A DNA stretch of 64,000 nt from Candidatus Pacearchaeota archaeon (lineage in GTDB: Archaea; Nanobdellota; Nanobdellia; Pacearchaeales; GW2011-AR1): positions 43,703 through 107,702 of the forward strand of contig JASFEO010000001.1 in assembly GCA_050124795.1 (NCBI GenBank), written 5' to 3'. Below the pieces are notes generated by a model, which saw only the letters and a program-made list of their open reading frames with translations, was not told the origin of the DNA and ran no database searches. Made by a program: the position numbers and the translations under genes. Of the stretch, positions 18,875 to 28,534 are shown piece by piece (within the stretch, counting starts at the first letter, position 1; every line of letters starts with the position of its first letter).

Positions 18875-20365
18875 ATGGAAAAATTTTTTTGGGCAGACCA
18901 GATTGCTGAAGACCTGATAAAACAAAAAGGAGACAAATCAAAATATGTCTGTGCCTCAGGAATAACCCCCTCGGGAACAATTCATATTGGAAATTTTAGA
19001 GAAGTTATCACAACTGAATTAGTCCTAAGAGCATTAAAAGACAATGGAAAAAAAGTTAGATTCATTTATTCATGGGATGACTTTGACAGATTTAGAAAAG
19101 TTCCTAAAAATGTTTCAGGAGAATATGAAAAATATCTTGGCATGCCTGTTAGCGAGGTGCCTTCGCCATTTGAAAAAAATTCAGATTATGCAAGACACTT
19201 TGAAAAAGAATTTGAGGACTCTCTTTCTGAAGTTGGGATAAAGCCGGAATTTATTAGGCAAAGTGTGATGAATAAAAATTGTGAGTATGCTGAATTAATA
19301 AAAATTGCAATTGAGAAAAAAAATGAAATTATTAAAGTCTTAAATAAATATCGTAAAGAACCACTTGGTAAAAACTGGATGCCATTAGAAGTTTATTGCG
19401 GCAAATGCAAAAAAGATTCAACAAAAATAATTAATGCAAAAGATTATGAAATAGATTATGAATGCGCCTGCGGGTTTAAAGAAAAAATTGATATTCGAAA
19501 AAAAGGAATTGTAAAATTAAAATGGCGTGTTGATTGGCCTGCAAGATGGACTTATGAAAAAGTTGATTTTGAACCCGGAGGAATTGACCATAGTGTTTAT
19601 GGGGGAAGTTTTATGACTTCAAAAGAAATTGTAAAAAGAATTTTCAACTTTACTGCACCGTCTTATCAATTATATGAATGGGTAAGAATAAAGGGGGGCA
19701 AAGAATTCTCAAGTTCTTCAGGAAATGCAATTTCATTAAAAGAAGTTTTAGAAGTTTATGAGCCTGAGATTTTAAGATACATTTTTGTGAGCACCAGACC
19801 GAGAAAAGGTTTTCAAATTAGTTTTGACAATGACATAATGAAAATTTATAGTGATTATGATTTGCTGGAAAAAAAATATTATGAAGACAAGGCAACAGAG
19901 CAGGAAAAAAGAATTTATGAATTGTCGCAAGTTAATAAAGTTAAAAATAAAAAACCTGAGAAGGAAAGTTTCAGGCATTTGATAACTTATGTTCAGTTGA
20001 ATAAACTCGATGAATTAAATTCTGAATCAAAAGCGAGGGCAAAAAAAGTTGCAAACTGGATTGAAAAGTATGCAGAAGAAGATATGAAGTTTGAAGTGAG
20101 AAAAAAATTTTCTGCAGATTTAAGTGAAAAAGAAAAACAGGCAATGATTGAATTAAAAAATTCTTTAATGAAAAAAGAATATTCAGAAGAAGAATTGTTT
20201 GATGAGTTTTATAGTATATGTGAAAAGTTAAAAATCAAAAACACAGAATTTTTTAATGCAGCATATAAAACAATTATCGGAAAAACAAAAGGTCCGAGAC
20301 TTGCGAATTTAATTTTAATTGCAGGAAAAAATAATATAATAAAACTTTTGGAACAAATCAGATGA
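18875..20365 (+). CDS. lysS: Lysine--tRNA ligase, class I
   Basis: FWAD, SGITPSGTIHIGNFRE, WRVDWPARW, FEPGG.DH, GPRL. Confidence 0.97.
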   Translation: MEKFFWADQIAEDLIKQKGDKSKYVCASGITPSGTIHIGNFREVITTELVLRALKDNGKKVRFIYSWDDFDRFRKVPKNVSGEYEKYLGMPVSEVPSPFEKNSDYARHFEKEFEDSLSEVGIKPEFIRQSVMNKNCEYAELIKIAIEKKNEIIKVLNKYRKEPLGKNWMPLEVYCGKCKKDSTKIINAKDYEIDYECACGFKEKIDIRKKGIVKLKWRVDWPARWTYEKVDFEPGGIDHSVYGGSFMTSKEIVKRIFNFTAPSYQLYEWVRIKGGKEFSSSSGNAISLKEVLEVYEPEILRYIFVSTRPRKGFQISFDNDIMKIYSDYDLLEKKYYEDKATEQEKRIYELSQVNKVKNKKPEKESFRHLITYVQLNKLDELNSESKARAKKVANWIEKYAEEDMKFEVRKKFSADLSEKEKQAMIELKNSLMKKEYSEEELFDEFYSICEKLKIKNTEFFNAAYKTIIGKTKGPRLANLILIAGKNNIIKLLEQIR

Positions 20366-20652
20366 CAAAATTAATTTCATTATCAGACAAACAAAAAGCT
20401 AAGCAAGAAGCCAAGTTGCAAGACTCTTATGAAAGAAGAAAAACTCTTACAAGAGCAACTTTGACTTCTTATAAAAAACTTTATCATATTATATTAAGGC
20501 AAACAGGGAAGGAAAATTATCCTGGAGAGCCCTATGATAATCCTGTTGGTGAAAGTCTTTTTTATGAATTGTTAACGGCAGATTTAGAAAAGATAATTTT
20601 TAAATTAGGTTCTATTGTTAGAACTATTGAAGGAGAATTAAGAGAAAAATAA
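20362..20652 (+). CDS. Hypothetical protein
   Basis: ATGA overlap with the lysS stop. Confidence 0.55.
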   Translation: MTKLISLSDKQKAKQEAKLQDSYERRKTLTRATLTSYKKLYHIILRQTGKENYPGEPYDNPVGESLFYELLTADLEKIIFKLGSIVRTIEGELREK

Positions 20653-20885
20653 ACCCTGCATCAGAACTTTTCCTTTTTTTCAAAAAATATTTAAACAACT
20701 CTTCTCTTGATAGATTATGATTTCATTAAACCAATTAACAAAAAAAGGTGTTTTGAAAAAAGCTGATTTGAATTTAACTTTTCATGAAGATGAAATTACT
20801 AAATATCTCTTGGGAAAATATCAAAAAATTAAGAATAAAAGAAGAGAAAATTTCATAAATCCCAGAAATTATATTTTAGATTAAA

Positions 20886-21071
20886 ATGGCACTAATAGTA
20901 AAATCAAATATAAAAAAAGCAGTTCAGGAATTAGACAAGGAAAATTCTGTTTCAAGTGTTGCAGAAGAAGTTGGTTTAGCGCTTGAGAGAAAAACAGAGG
21001 AAATTTTAATTGATGCAATCAAAAGAGCAAAAGCAAATGGAAGAAGAACATTGCAGGCAAGGGATATTTAG
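20886..21071 (+). CDS. Short histone-fold protein (DUF1931/Bd0055-like, truncated alpha3)
   Basis: LIVKSNIK N-terminus and AIKRAKANGRRTLQARDI C-terminus with the histone RxTxxxxD pattern. Confidence 0.85.
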   Translation: MALIVKSNIKKAVQELDKENSVSSVAEEVGLALERKTEEILIDAIKRAKANGRRTLQARDI

Positions 21072-21119
21072 ATAATTGATTACAATAATATTTATAAAAA
21101 GTAAAATTCTTATTTAATT

Positions 21120-21401
21120 ATGTTAGCAGCTGGCAAAGTTAATAATGAACTTTATCGTTTTATTTCAGATCCAAGTTTTGATTTGAGGTTTGATGAGAAA
21201 ACAGAAAACAGAGGTTTCTATACTATCCCTCTGATGATCTATCTAAAAGGTAGAAGAGCATTAGAAACTGCATTAAGTTATGACAAATGCAAACAAAAGA
21301 TAATAAATTTACCTGAGGAATTGAATTTTGATGATGGGCATAGGCGCGAACTTTCAGGTTATATAACTTGCTTAGTTAATCAGGAAAATCAAAAACAATA
21401 A
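21120..21401 (+). CDS. Hypothetical protein
   Basis: ORF preceded by a TTTATAAA TATA box. Confidence 0.5.
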   Translation: MLAAGKVNNELYRFISDPSFDLRFDEKTENRGFYTIPLMIYLKGRRALETALSYDKCKQKIINLPEELNFDDGHRRELSGYITCLVNQENQKQ

Positions 21402-21431
21402 TTTTATTAAGTATATTTTCCTGTATAATTC

Positions 21432-21590
21432 ATGACAAAAACAAAATTCCCAGTTCTCGCAACACTTTTATTAATATTCGGAATTGTCTGGCTTGTTAAT
21501 GTTATTGGTTTTGCAAATATTAGTCTTCCATGGCTTCCTGTAATTTTAATTGTTGTTGCAATTGCAATGATTGCAAATCGTTACAGATAA
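21432..21590 (+). CDS. 52-aa two-TM membrane protein (not in the ORF track)
   Basis: Translated by hand: MTKTKFPVLATLLLIFGIVWLVNVIGFANISLPWLPVILIVVAIAMIANRYR; LiaF-like helical hairpin pattern. Confidence 0.65.
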   Translation: MTKTKFPVLATLLLIFGIVWLVNVIGFANISLPWLPVILIVVAIAMIANRYR

Positions 21591-21605
21591 ATATTTAAAT
21601 TAAAT

Positions 21606-22001
21606 TTAAAACCAATTCTTAAAAAATTCTTTTTTTGGTTTTACAACTCTTCTTCTTTGTCTTGAAACTGACTTTTTTCTAAATGATTTTGTTCTCATGA
21701 ATGTTGCTGAGACCTGAACAGGATGTTCTTCTTTAGTTCCCATTTTATTTATCCCGACTGCTGAAGCAAAAATTAAAAACCCGTTAAAGAATGCGACGAC
21801 AAAGCCAGTCCAGTCAACTTTTGCAATAACTGCAACCATAAATGCAAGACCAAAAGAAATCGCAAATGAAAAATACTTTCTATAATCATCAAACTTTTTT
21901 CCAAATAAATATCCAAGCACATTTGGCACTACAAGTGAAGCAGCTGTCGCGCCCTGCAAACTCAGCAAACTCTGCAATGTAAAAAGTGAATCCAGCATCA
22001 T
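21606..22001 (-). CDS. Three-TM membrane protein with basic tail (holin-like topology)
   Basis: Three hydrophobic segments and an Arg/Lys-rich C-terminus. Confidence 0.6.
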   Translation of the reverse strand: MMLDSLFTLQSLLSLQGATAASLVVPNVLGYLFGKKFDDYRKYFSFAISFGLAFMVAVIAKVDWTGFVVAFFNGFLIFASAVGINKMGTKEEHPVQVSATFMRTKSFRKKSVSRQRRRVVKPKKEFFKNWF

Positions 22002-22085
22002 TTTCCTCTTTTAATTAAATAGTTATTAATTATTTATAAACCTATCTTAATATTTTATAAAATCACAAAATATAAAAAGATATGA

Positions 22086-22538
22086 TTGCTTAAATTAATA
22101 ATGTGTTTTAAAAGCGAAGGGATAAATAATCGGTCGAGAGTTATTGATTCTGTGAAATCTGATTTCTCCTATAAATTTGAAAATATAATCAAGAGATATA
22201 TCTGGGGGGATAGTGAAAAAAGAGTTTTGGCAAAATTATTTGCTGATTACATGGATAATATGAATCCTAAAAAAAACAGTCTTTTAACAAAATATATTTG
22301 GAGGCTGAATAAAAAAGGATATGACATAACCCCGCTTAATCTTTTGCTTGATGAACTGGAGAATTACAAGGATTTTCTTCTTCCAAGAAAATTCACACAT
22401 ATTAAAAGAACAAAAAAACAATTCCCAAACCCTGCAATTTACAGAAAACCAAAACAGGGAACTCTGGAAAAACTCTCAGAAAAAATAGATCCAAAATTGC
22501 CAAGAGAAATTATGGATACTAAAATTCCATTAAATTAA
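22086..22538 (+). CDS. Hypothetical protein
   Basis: 150-aa ORF, start uncertain. Confidence 0.5.
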   Translation: MLKLIMCFKSEGINNRSRVIDSVKSDFSYKFENIIKRYIWGDSEKRVLAKLFADYMDNMNPKKNSLLTKYIWRLNKKGYDITPLNLLLDELENYKDFLLPRKFTHIKRTKKQFPNPAIYRKPKQGTLEKLSEKIDPKLPREIMDTKIPLN

Positions 22539-22539
22539 A

Positions 22540-22965
22540 ATGCAACCAAAACATTCTTTAGAACAACTCTACGCTGCCGAGGATTATTTCTCAAATCTAA
22601 AATTAGAAGATATCCCTCAGGAAATTAATCCCAATTCAACAAAAGAATTTTTTTTATTAAAAAACATGACAGGAATTTTTGCTGATTGCTCAAGAGAGTT
22701 GCTGGATGAAGGACTAGAAAAAGTCCAAAGTAGAATAACTAAAGAGATATTCAATATGAAAAGGAGAAACAACACAAGAAATCTTTCCCAGATTCCAGGT
22801 CTTATTTTAAGATCCCAAAAAATCCTCGAATCTCCCCCAATTTATGCAATTACGAATTCAACTAATGAAAAATCTTATGAAAATTCGAGAAGACTGATTG
22901 CGCAGCAGCACATTGAACTTTTAGGCGAATTCATGAAGGCATATAATTCTTATATTGAACTTTAA
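22540..22965 (+). CDS. Hypothetical protein
   Basis: 141-aa ORF starting 1 nt after the previous stop. Confidence 0.55.
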   Translation: MQPKHSLEQLYAAEDYFSNLKLEDIPQEINPNSTKEFFLLKNMTGIFADCSRELLDEGLEKVQSRITKEIFNMKRRNNTRNLSQIPGLILRSQKILESPPIYAITNSTNEKSYENSRRLIAQQHIELLGEFMKAYNSYIEL

Positions 22966-23001
22966 TGTAAATTATATAAACTTGCAATACTTTTTCTAGT
23001 T

Positions 23002-23538
23002 ATGAAAAAACTTTCAAGAAAAAGAAGTGAGGAAATTTTAGAAAAAATAAAAAAAGCAGGTGATGCAAAAAATTATGAAACTTTCTGGAATGAAAAAGGT
23101 GTCCCTGTTTCTAAAGAAAAAAAGAAAATAAAAAAAGGAAAAATTTCAAAAGCACGCGGCACAAGATTTGAATTAAAAGTTAGAGAAGACTTAGAAAACA
23201 AAAATTATACAGTTGACAAATGGTCAAACAATGTTGATTTGGAAAAGGGAAAAATAGTTTCAGCAAAAAGAAAGTTTAATCCTTATTCGCGCGTCATGAC
23301 AATCGGAACAGGCTTCCCTGACTTTATTGCAATTAAGCATATCCACGACGAGGTTTATAGTGTGATTGGTGTTGAGTGCAAAATTAATGGAAAGTTATCT
23401 AAAACTGAAAAAACAAAATGCGCATTTTATTTAAAAAACAAAATCTTCTCTTCAATTTGGATTGCTAAGCAAGGTGAAAAAAGAGGAACAATTCAATATG
23501 ATGATTTTAAAGAAAAATATGGAAAGAATTTTTTATAA
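23002..23538 (+). CDS. PD-(D/E)xK nuclease, Hjc/Holliday junction resolvase-like
   Basis: G.RFELKVREDLE, GFPDFIA, GVECK. Confidence 0.7.
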   Translation: MKKLSRKRSEEILEKIKKAGDAKNYETFWNEKGVPVSKEKKKIKKGKISKARGTRFELKVREDLENKNYTVDKWSNNVDLEKGKIVSAKRKFNPYSRVMTIGTGFPDFIAIKHIHDEVYSVIGVECKINGKLSKTEKTKCAFYLKNKIFSSIWIAKQGEKRGTIQYDDFKEKYGKNFL

Positions 23539-23586
23539 CAATCCAACACAACAAAATTTAAAAAAATATTTTTCCATTAAAACTTA

Positions 23587-24210
23587 ATGAAATTCAGGAT
23601 GATTATTTTATTTGTCCTTTTAATTAATGGCATTTATGCAACATGCTCAGAAGGTCAAATTGATATTAACTCAGCCTCCTTAGAAGAACTCGACAAATTA
23701 AAATGGGTTGGCCCCACAACAGCCCAGAATATAATTGATGCCAGACCATTTAAATCTGTTGACGATTTAATTAATATTTCCAGAATTACTATTGACCGAG
23801 TTAATGAAATAAAAGACCAGGGATTAGCATGTGTTGAAAAATCTAAAGGTGAAAAAGACAAAAAAGAAAATGATAAAGAAAATGAAGAATCAACTTCTAA
23901 AAAATCTGAAGAAGATAGATCTGAAAATAAAAAAGATGATGAAACAGAAGATGAAGAACATGAAGACAAAAAAGAAGAAAATTCTAATTATGAAGATTTA
24001 ATTGAAGAGGAAAAAGAATTTGTCGAGGAAAAGCCAATTGAAACAATAAAACTAAATTCAAAAAATATAAAAACTGAAGATTCTCTTCTAGATAAAGAGC
24101 CTGAAGAAAATTTTGCAATTTGCGGACTAGCGAGTTTCTGTATTTTGCTTGGGTTTTTGTTCAGCATAAAAAAATTAAAATTCAAAAATTATAAAAATGA
24201 GTTCGACTGA
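23587..24210 (+). CDS. ComEA-like helix-hairpin-helix DNA-binding surface protein
   Basis: Signal peptide, IDINSASLEELDKL..VGP..AQNII..RPFKSVDDL, acidic stalk, C-terminal TM. Confidence 0.85.
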   Translation: MKFRMIILFVLLINGIYATCSEGQIDINSASLEELDKLKWVGPTTAQNIIDARPFKSVDDLINISRITIDRVNEIKDQGLACVEKSKGEKDKKENDKENEESTSKKSEEDRSENKKDDETEDEEHEDKKEENSNYEDLIEEEKEFVEEKPIETIKLNSKNIKTEDSLLDKEPEENFAICGLASFCILLGFLFSIKKLKFKNYKNEFD

Positions 24211-24640
24211 AAAAGTAAAAGCAGCCTTAATAATTGAAGTAATTGGAAAACCCCCTGAGCATTTAACTGAAACTCTTGGAAATTTAATTAAGCAAATTAG
24301 CGAGGAAAAAGGTGTGGAAGTTGTTGAAAAAACAATTCATGAGCCCACAGAATTAAAAGACAACAAGGATTTTTTCACAAGTTTTGCAGAGGTTGAAGTT
24401 GAAGTTGAAGAAGTCTTATACATCGCAATGCTCATGTTCAAATACATGCCGGCGCACATTGAAATAATTCACCCTGAAAAAATTATTCTCTCAAATTCAG
24501 GACTTAATGATATTTTAAATGAACTTACAAGAAGGCTTCATGGTTACGACGAAGTTGCGCGAATTATACAAGTTGAAAAAAATATTTTAGAAAAAAAATT
24601 AAAAGAACTTATGCCAAAAGAAGAAAATAAAAAAGAATAA
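24197..24640 (+). CDS. Conserved hypothetical archaeal protein
   Basis: IEVIGKPPEH, FTSFAEVE, FKYMPAHIEII; looks globular, function unknown. Confidence 0.7.
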   Translation: MSSTEKVKAALIIEVIGKPPEHLTETLGNLIKQISEEKGVEVVEKTIHEPTELKDNKDFFTSFAEVEVEVEEVLYIAMLMFKYMPAHIEIIHPEKIILSNSGLNDILNELTRRLHGYDEVARIIQVEKNILEKKLKELMPKEENKKE

Positions 24641-24704
24641 TTCTTATAACTATGCAGGAGTAACAAAATAGAAAGGTTTATAAAGTTTAGATACATGTAT
24701 TTTT

Positions 24705-25052
24705 ATGGTAGAAGTAATGCCTGTTTCAGCAAAAAAATGTGGCATGGAATTTAATGAATATATAACACTTGCTCGAAATGTTAATAGAATTAAAGCTTTA
24801 ACTTCTTTTCAAATAAAATATTTAGGAAAAAAAGCATTAGAAGAATTATCTGATGAAGGATGGACAAGTGTGGGTTCACTTATGCAAGATATTCCTTATT
24901 TTACAGAGTTCTTTAAATTAGCAGAGATTCCTCGTCATCAGGGATGTTGTAATATTAATGGGACAAATGTTGTTTTGTTTGGAATTCTTGACTATTTTCT
25001 AAGAAATAAAGATTCTCTTAATTCTTGTTTATATAATAATAGAAAAAATTAG
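24705..25052 (+). CDS. Hypothetical protein
   Basis: Preceded by AAAGGTTTATAAA BRE/TATA. Confidence 0.55.
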   Translation: MVEVMPVSAKKCGMEFNEYITLARNVNRIKALTSFQIKYLGKKALEELSDEGWTSVGSLMQDIPYFTEFFKLAEIPRHQGCCNINGTNVVLFGILDYFLRNKDSLNSCLYNNRKN

Positions 25053-25053
25053 T

Positions 25054-26235
25054 TTATCTCGCACCGCGATATTTCTTTAAGAAAAACCAAACTAAGAAAA
25101 CAAAAATTGCAATTATAATCAGCCAACCAAGAACTTTCCCTGTCCCGCTTGTTTTAACTTCCCCGCATTTGCCCAGACAGCAAACATCATCCCTTGCATA
25201 AACAGTTTCTCCATTGCACTTTTCTTCCGCTGAGCAAATCTCTCCTTCTTTCTCCTCGCAGGTCTCACTAACTGAGACAATTTCCTCACCCCCTTTTTCA
25301 GGAACATAATCCTTTATAAAATTCAAAACTACATCTGAATATTCAGTTAAGTTATCCCCTCTTACAATAATCCTTCCCTCAATTGCTTCCTCGTCAACTG
25401 ATGAATTAAAACCAATTTCTATTTTCACACTTGAATTTTTCTCAATATCATTAAACTCAGAAATTTCAAAAAAAGAATAAGGCAGTAAAGATTCTGAAAC
25501 ATAAACCGAGACATTCTCCAAAGCCGCTTCTCCTGTATTATACAAATAAAAAATTCTCTTTGTCAAACTCTCAGTTGCCATTTGAACTTCAATTTCCTTT
25601 GGCTCAATCTTGAATCCCTTTGTCTTGAACTCCTCTTTTTTTTCCTCAGAAAAAACATAAACAGGAATATCATATTTCAACCCAGTTGTGTAAACTTCCA
25701 AAATATTCAAAGAATCATTAAAATCCCCAACATCAAAATTCAATTTTTCTATTTCCCCTGATTTTAACTCTGCTGAAGTTTCGTAATTTGTTGAAACAGT
25801 TATTTTTTCATCTAATAAATTTTGAACCTCAATTGAAAAGTCCTCGCTTGTTACAACAAAGCCCGGCTTAACTGAGAAGTCTGCTGTTTTATTTGCAACT
25901 ATGAAATTTTTAATAATATCGTCGTCAATCATATCCTTTCCCTTCATGTATCTCACTCCCTCAATTGCAATTGAATAATTATTCTCAGGCTTATCCAAAA
26001 GCGCATAAATATAAAACTCATCATTAATTTGCGTCACATCATATTCAACTGAAATCCTCACATGCCCTCGATAAAAAAACACATTCTCTGCTAAAACTGA
26101 ATCAACAAAATTCCCAGACACTCTTGCAATCATTGTTTCCCCTGAATTAAAACTATCTTTAATATCAAATTCAACAGCAAGCGCAGTCTGAATCAAAAGT
26201 AAAGTTATCAATAATATTATTACACTTCTTTTCAT
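25054..26235 (-). CDS. Membrane-anchored surface protein with Ig-like domains and one six-Cys module
   Basis: Signal peptide, beta-rich body, CEEKEGEIC..C..CCLGKC, C-terminal TM. Confidence 0.75.
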   Translation of the reverse strand: MKRSVIILLITLLLIQTALAVEFDIKDSFNSGETMIARVSGNFVDSVLAENVFFYRGHVRISVEYDVTQINDEFYIYALLDKPENNYSIAIEGVRYMKGKDMIDDDIIKNFIVANKTADFSVKPGFVVTSEDFSIEVQNLLDEKITVSTNYETSAELKSGEIEKLNFDVGDFNDSLNILEVYTTGLKYDIPVYVFSEEKKEEFKTKGFKIEPKEIEVQMATESLTKRIFYLYNTGEAALENVSVYVSESLLPYSFFEISEFNDIEKNSSVKIEIGFNSSVDEEAIEGRIIVRGDNLTEYSDVVLNFIKDYVPEKGGEEIVSVSETCEEKEGEICSAEEKCNGETVYARDDVCCLGKCGEVKTSGTGKVLGWLIIIAIFVFLVWFFLKKYRGAR

Positions 26236-26303
26236 AAATAAATAAGGAAAATTGGGTTAATAAATTTAATTATAAAGGGATAAAAATTTGCAAAAGCGAT
26301 TTT

Positions 26304-28073
26304 CTATTTTCCAATATCTCGCAACTTCTTTAAAACATCATCAAGTTCACTTGAAGATTTTTTCTTTGGAGCAGTTTTTACAGGAGGCCTTGCCTGAGGT
26401 TTAGAAGGAGCATGCCTCGGAATAATTCTTCTTGGCATTCTTCTCATGAATGGACTTGGAAATCCTCGTCGCGGAGGACCTCTTGGAGGAGTCTTCTTAA
26501 ACTTTGAAGTCAGCCTAAACCAAAAAGGTCTTAACTTATCTCTTGAAATTATTCCAATTAAAACAAGCACAATTAAAATTAATAAAATCCAAATCCACAA
26601 ATAACTTTTCTCTTCCTCTGTTTTTTCAATGCAGCACACTTCTCCGGAATCACATTCATCAACTGTTTCCTGTTCAGACTCTGTGCAGCTTCCCCTGCAT
26701 ATCCCGCCATATTTTTCACAATCTGTTTTTTCAACAACTTCCCTGCAATATCCAGGACAGCATTCATCTGTGTCACTCGCTTCAACTGTTGAAGTGCTGC
26801 ATGTCTCACTTCCTGCGCATTCCTTGCCATTTAAGTCCTCACAACTTTCAAGAACCTTGTCTCTGTTGCAGCAAACATTTGAACCTGTGCACGTCGAACT
26901 ATAACTATACAACTCATCTCCTCCTGCTTCTTCGCACGCAATACTTGAAATGCAAAAACCATCCATATCAATCTCGCAATCTTCAACTTCTTCGGGCGCC
27001 CCAAAAACCTTTGGCCAGACTGAATGCAAAATAAATGCAGTATTTTTTATATTCCCTTTCCAGCATCCCTGATTATCCTGCGTCTCAAGAAGCCAGTCCT
27101 TTGAATCTGTTTTTTCACTCGGTTCCTCATACTGAAAAGGATAAAGCGCAACTGCAGTGTCATAAAATTTGTCACCCGATTCCTCCCAGTAACTTCCCTT
27201 TTGCTTTTCCAATAAATCAATTCTGTAATCAGTATCATCAGTTAACATATACAAAAATGCTTCAGGAAGAAATCTCGAATTCCCTTCGCTCATTGTAATT
27301 ATATATGGCATATATGACGAAGTTTCATATCCCAAATAATCAAGCACAAGTGTTGCCCAAAGACTTGCTTCATAATCGCAGCTCCCACTTTCAGTAAAAC
27401 AAAATGAATCAACCTTTTCAGTTGTTCTCCCTTCAGAAGATGCGGTGTTTGTCGTTCCTGAAATATATACTTTTGAAGAATCTCTTTTTTTAAATAATAA
27501 ATTTGTCAAAAAATCCTTGTCACACGAAATTTCAAATTCCTTTCCATAACATGCCTGTGAAATCTCAAGCCAATAGCCTCCCCGACCTAAACTAAAACAC
27601 CCGCCTCCCTGATTTATTTTTTTGTTTGCCCCGACATAAAAAGCATACTCACTTGATTCATAACTTATTGTGCATATCGTGGCCTCAGAACTGTCAATTT
27701 GCAAATACCATATAACATCTGTAGGAGTTTTATTTTGTTTTGTTATCCATTCTTCTGCCTTTGCAGTATCTGCACCAACTTTGTCCAATGCAAGAATTGC
27801 CTGTGCAGTTGCCTTTACCTTGCAGCCTGATTTGGGAAAACACTCTTCATCAACAGAATCTTCTAAAAGTTCGTTTCTGCATTTCCTGACTGCTAGCAAC
27901 GAAAAAATTTTCTCTTCATAAGAAATACTATCACATTTGTTTTCTATTTTTTTCTCAAGACAATTATATGCATCCGCCACTTTTGCAGTTTCATTCTCCG
28001 CAGCAAGGCTAAACGAGGCAGCCAAAACAAGCCAAACAACAAAAACCCCGAATAAAAAATTCCTCTTTTTCAT
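26304..28073 (-). CDS. Membrane-anchored protein with alpha/alpha-barrel-like (QW) repeats and tandem Cys modules
   Basis: TAQAILAL, WLLETQDNQGCW..TAF; repeated C...GG.C..CC modules; TM; Pro/Arg-rich tail. Start set at MKKRNF. Confidence 0.7.
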   Translation of the reverse strand: MKKRNFLFGVFVVWLVLAASFSLAAENETAKVADAYNCLEKKIENKCDSISYEEKIFSLLAVRKCRNELLEDSVDEECFPKSGCKVKATAQAILALDKVGADTAKAEEWITKQNKTPTDVIWYLQIDSSEATICTISYESSEYAFYVGANKKINQGGGCFSLGRGGYWLEISQACYGKEFEISCDKDFLTNLLFKKRDSSKVYISGTTNTASSEGRTTEKVDSFCFTESGSCDYEASLWATLVLDYLGYETSSYMPYIITMSEGNSRFLPEAFLYMLTDDTDYRIDLLEKQKGSYWEESGDKFYDTAVALYPFQYEEPSEKTDSKDWLLETQDNQGCWKGNIKNTAFILHSVWPKVFGAPEEVEDCEIDMDGFCISSIACEEAGGDELYSYSSTCTGSNVCCNRDKVLESCEDLNGKECAGSETCSTSTVEASDTDECCPGYCREVVEKTDCEKYGGICRGSCTESEQETVDECDSGEVCCIEKTEEEKSYLWIWILLILIVLVLIGIISRDKLRPFWFRLTSKFKKTPPRGPPRRGFPSPFMRRMPRRIIPRHAPSKPQARPPVKTAPKKKSSSELDDVLKKLRDIGK

Positions 28074-28291
28074 TTTAGTTAAAGACAAATTAGATATTTA
28101 AATATTTACCTTCTGAAAAGCTGATACTAAAAAAGAAAGATAGAAATTAATTTAAATAACTTATATTAAAAATGGAAAAATTAGAAATAAAAAAGTTTAT
28201 ATGTTTCCTGAGGAGATTGAAGACTATATCTGGAGGTTGGGAAAATTTAATTTTCCAAAAATTTATAAAGATTAAAGTGTTAAACAGTTTT

Positions 28292-28534
28292 ATGGAAGAC
28301 AAATTAGGAGTGAATGTTGTTATTGAACGAGAAGATGTTGGAGGTAAAGATGTTTTTATAGTTTCAAGTCCTGATGTAAATGTTCTTGCCGAGGGCAAAA
28401 GTGTTGAAGAGGCCAAAGTAAAATTTTTAGAAGGATTAAAAATTCATTTGATGCAATTTCCTGAAGAGAAAAATTCTTTAATTGCAGAAAAAGAAAAATA
28501 TGAAATGCCAATGGTTGCAAGATTATTTTTATAA
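28292..28534 (+). CDS. hicB: HicB-family antitoxin (N-terminal domain only)
   Basis: VVIERE..FIVSSPDV.VLAEGKSVEEA; ATG at 28292 with TTTATAAA upstream. Confidence 0.75.
   Translation: MEDKLGVNVVIEREDVGGKDVFIVSSPDVNVLAEGKSVEEAKVKFLEGLKIHLMQFPEEKNSLIAEKEKYEMPMVARLFL

Noticed and set aside
20717-20884. 55-aa ORF upstream of the histone gene
   Set aside because: Open, but has no motif and overlaps the likely histone promoter; too weak to call
28172-28291. N-terminal 40 aa of the 120-aa ORF
   Set aside because: HicB similarity starts at ATG 28292, which has its own TATA box
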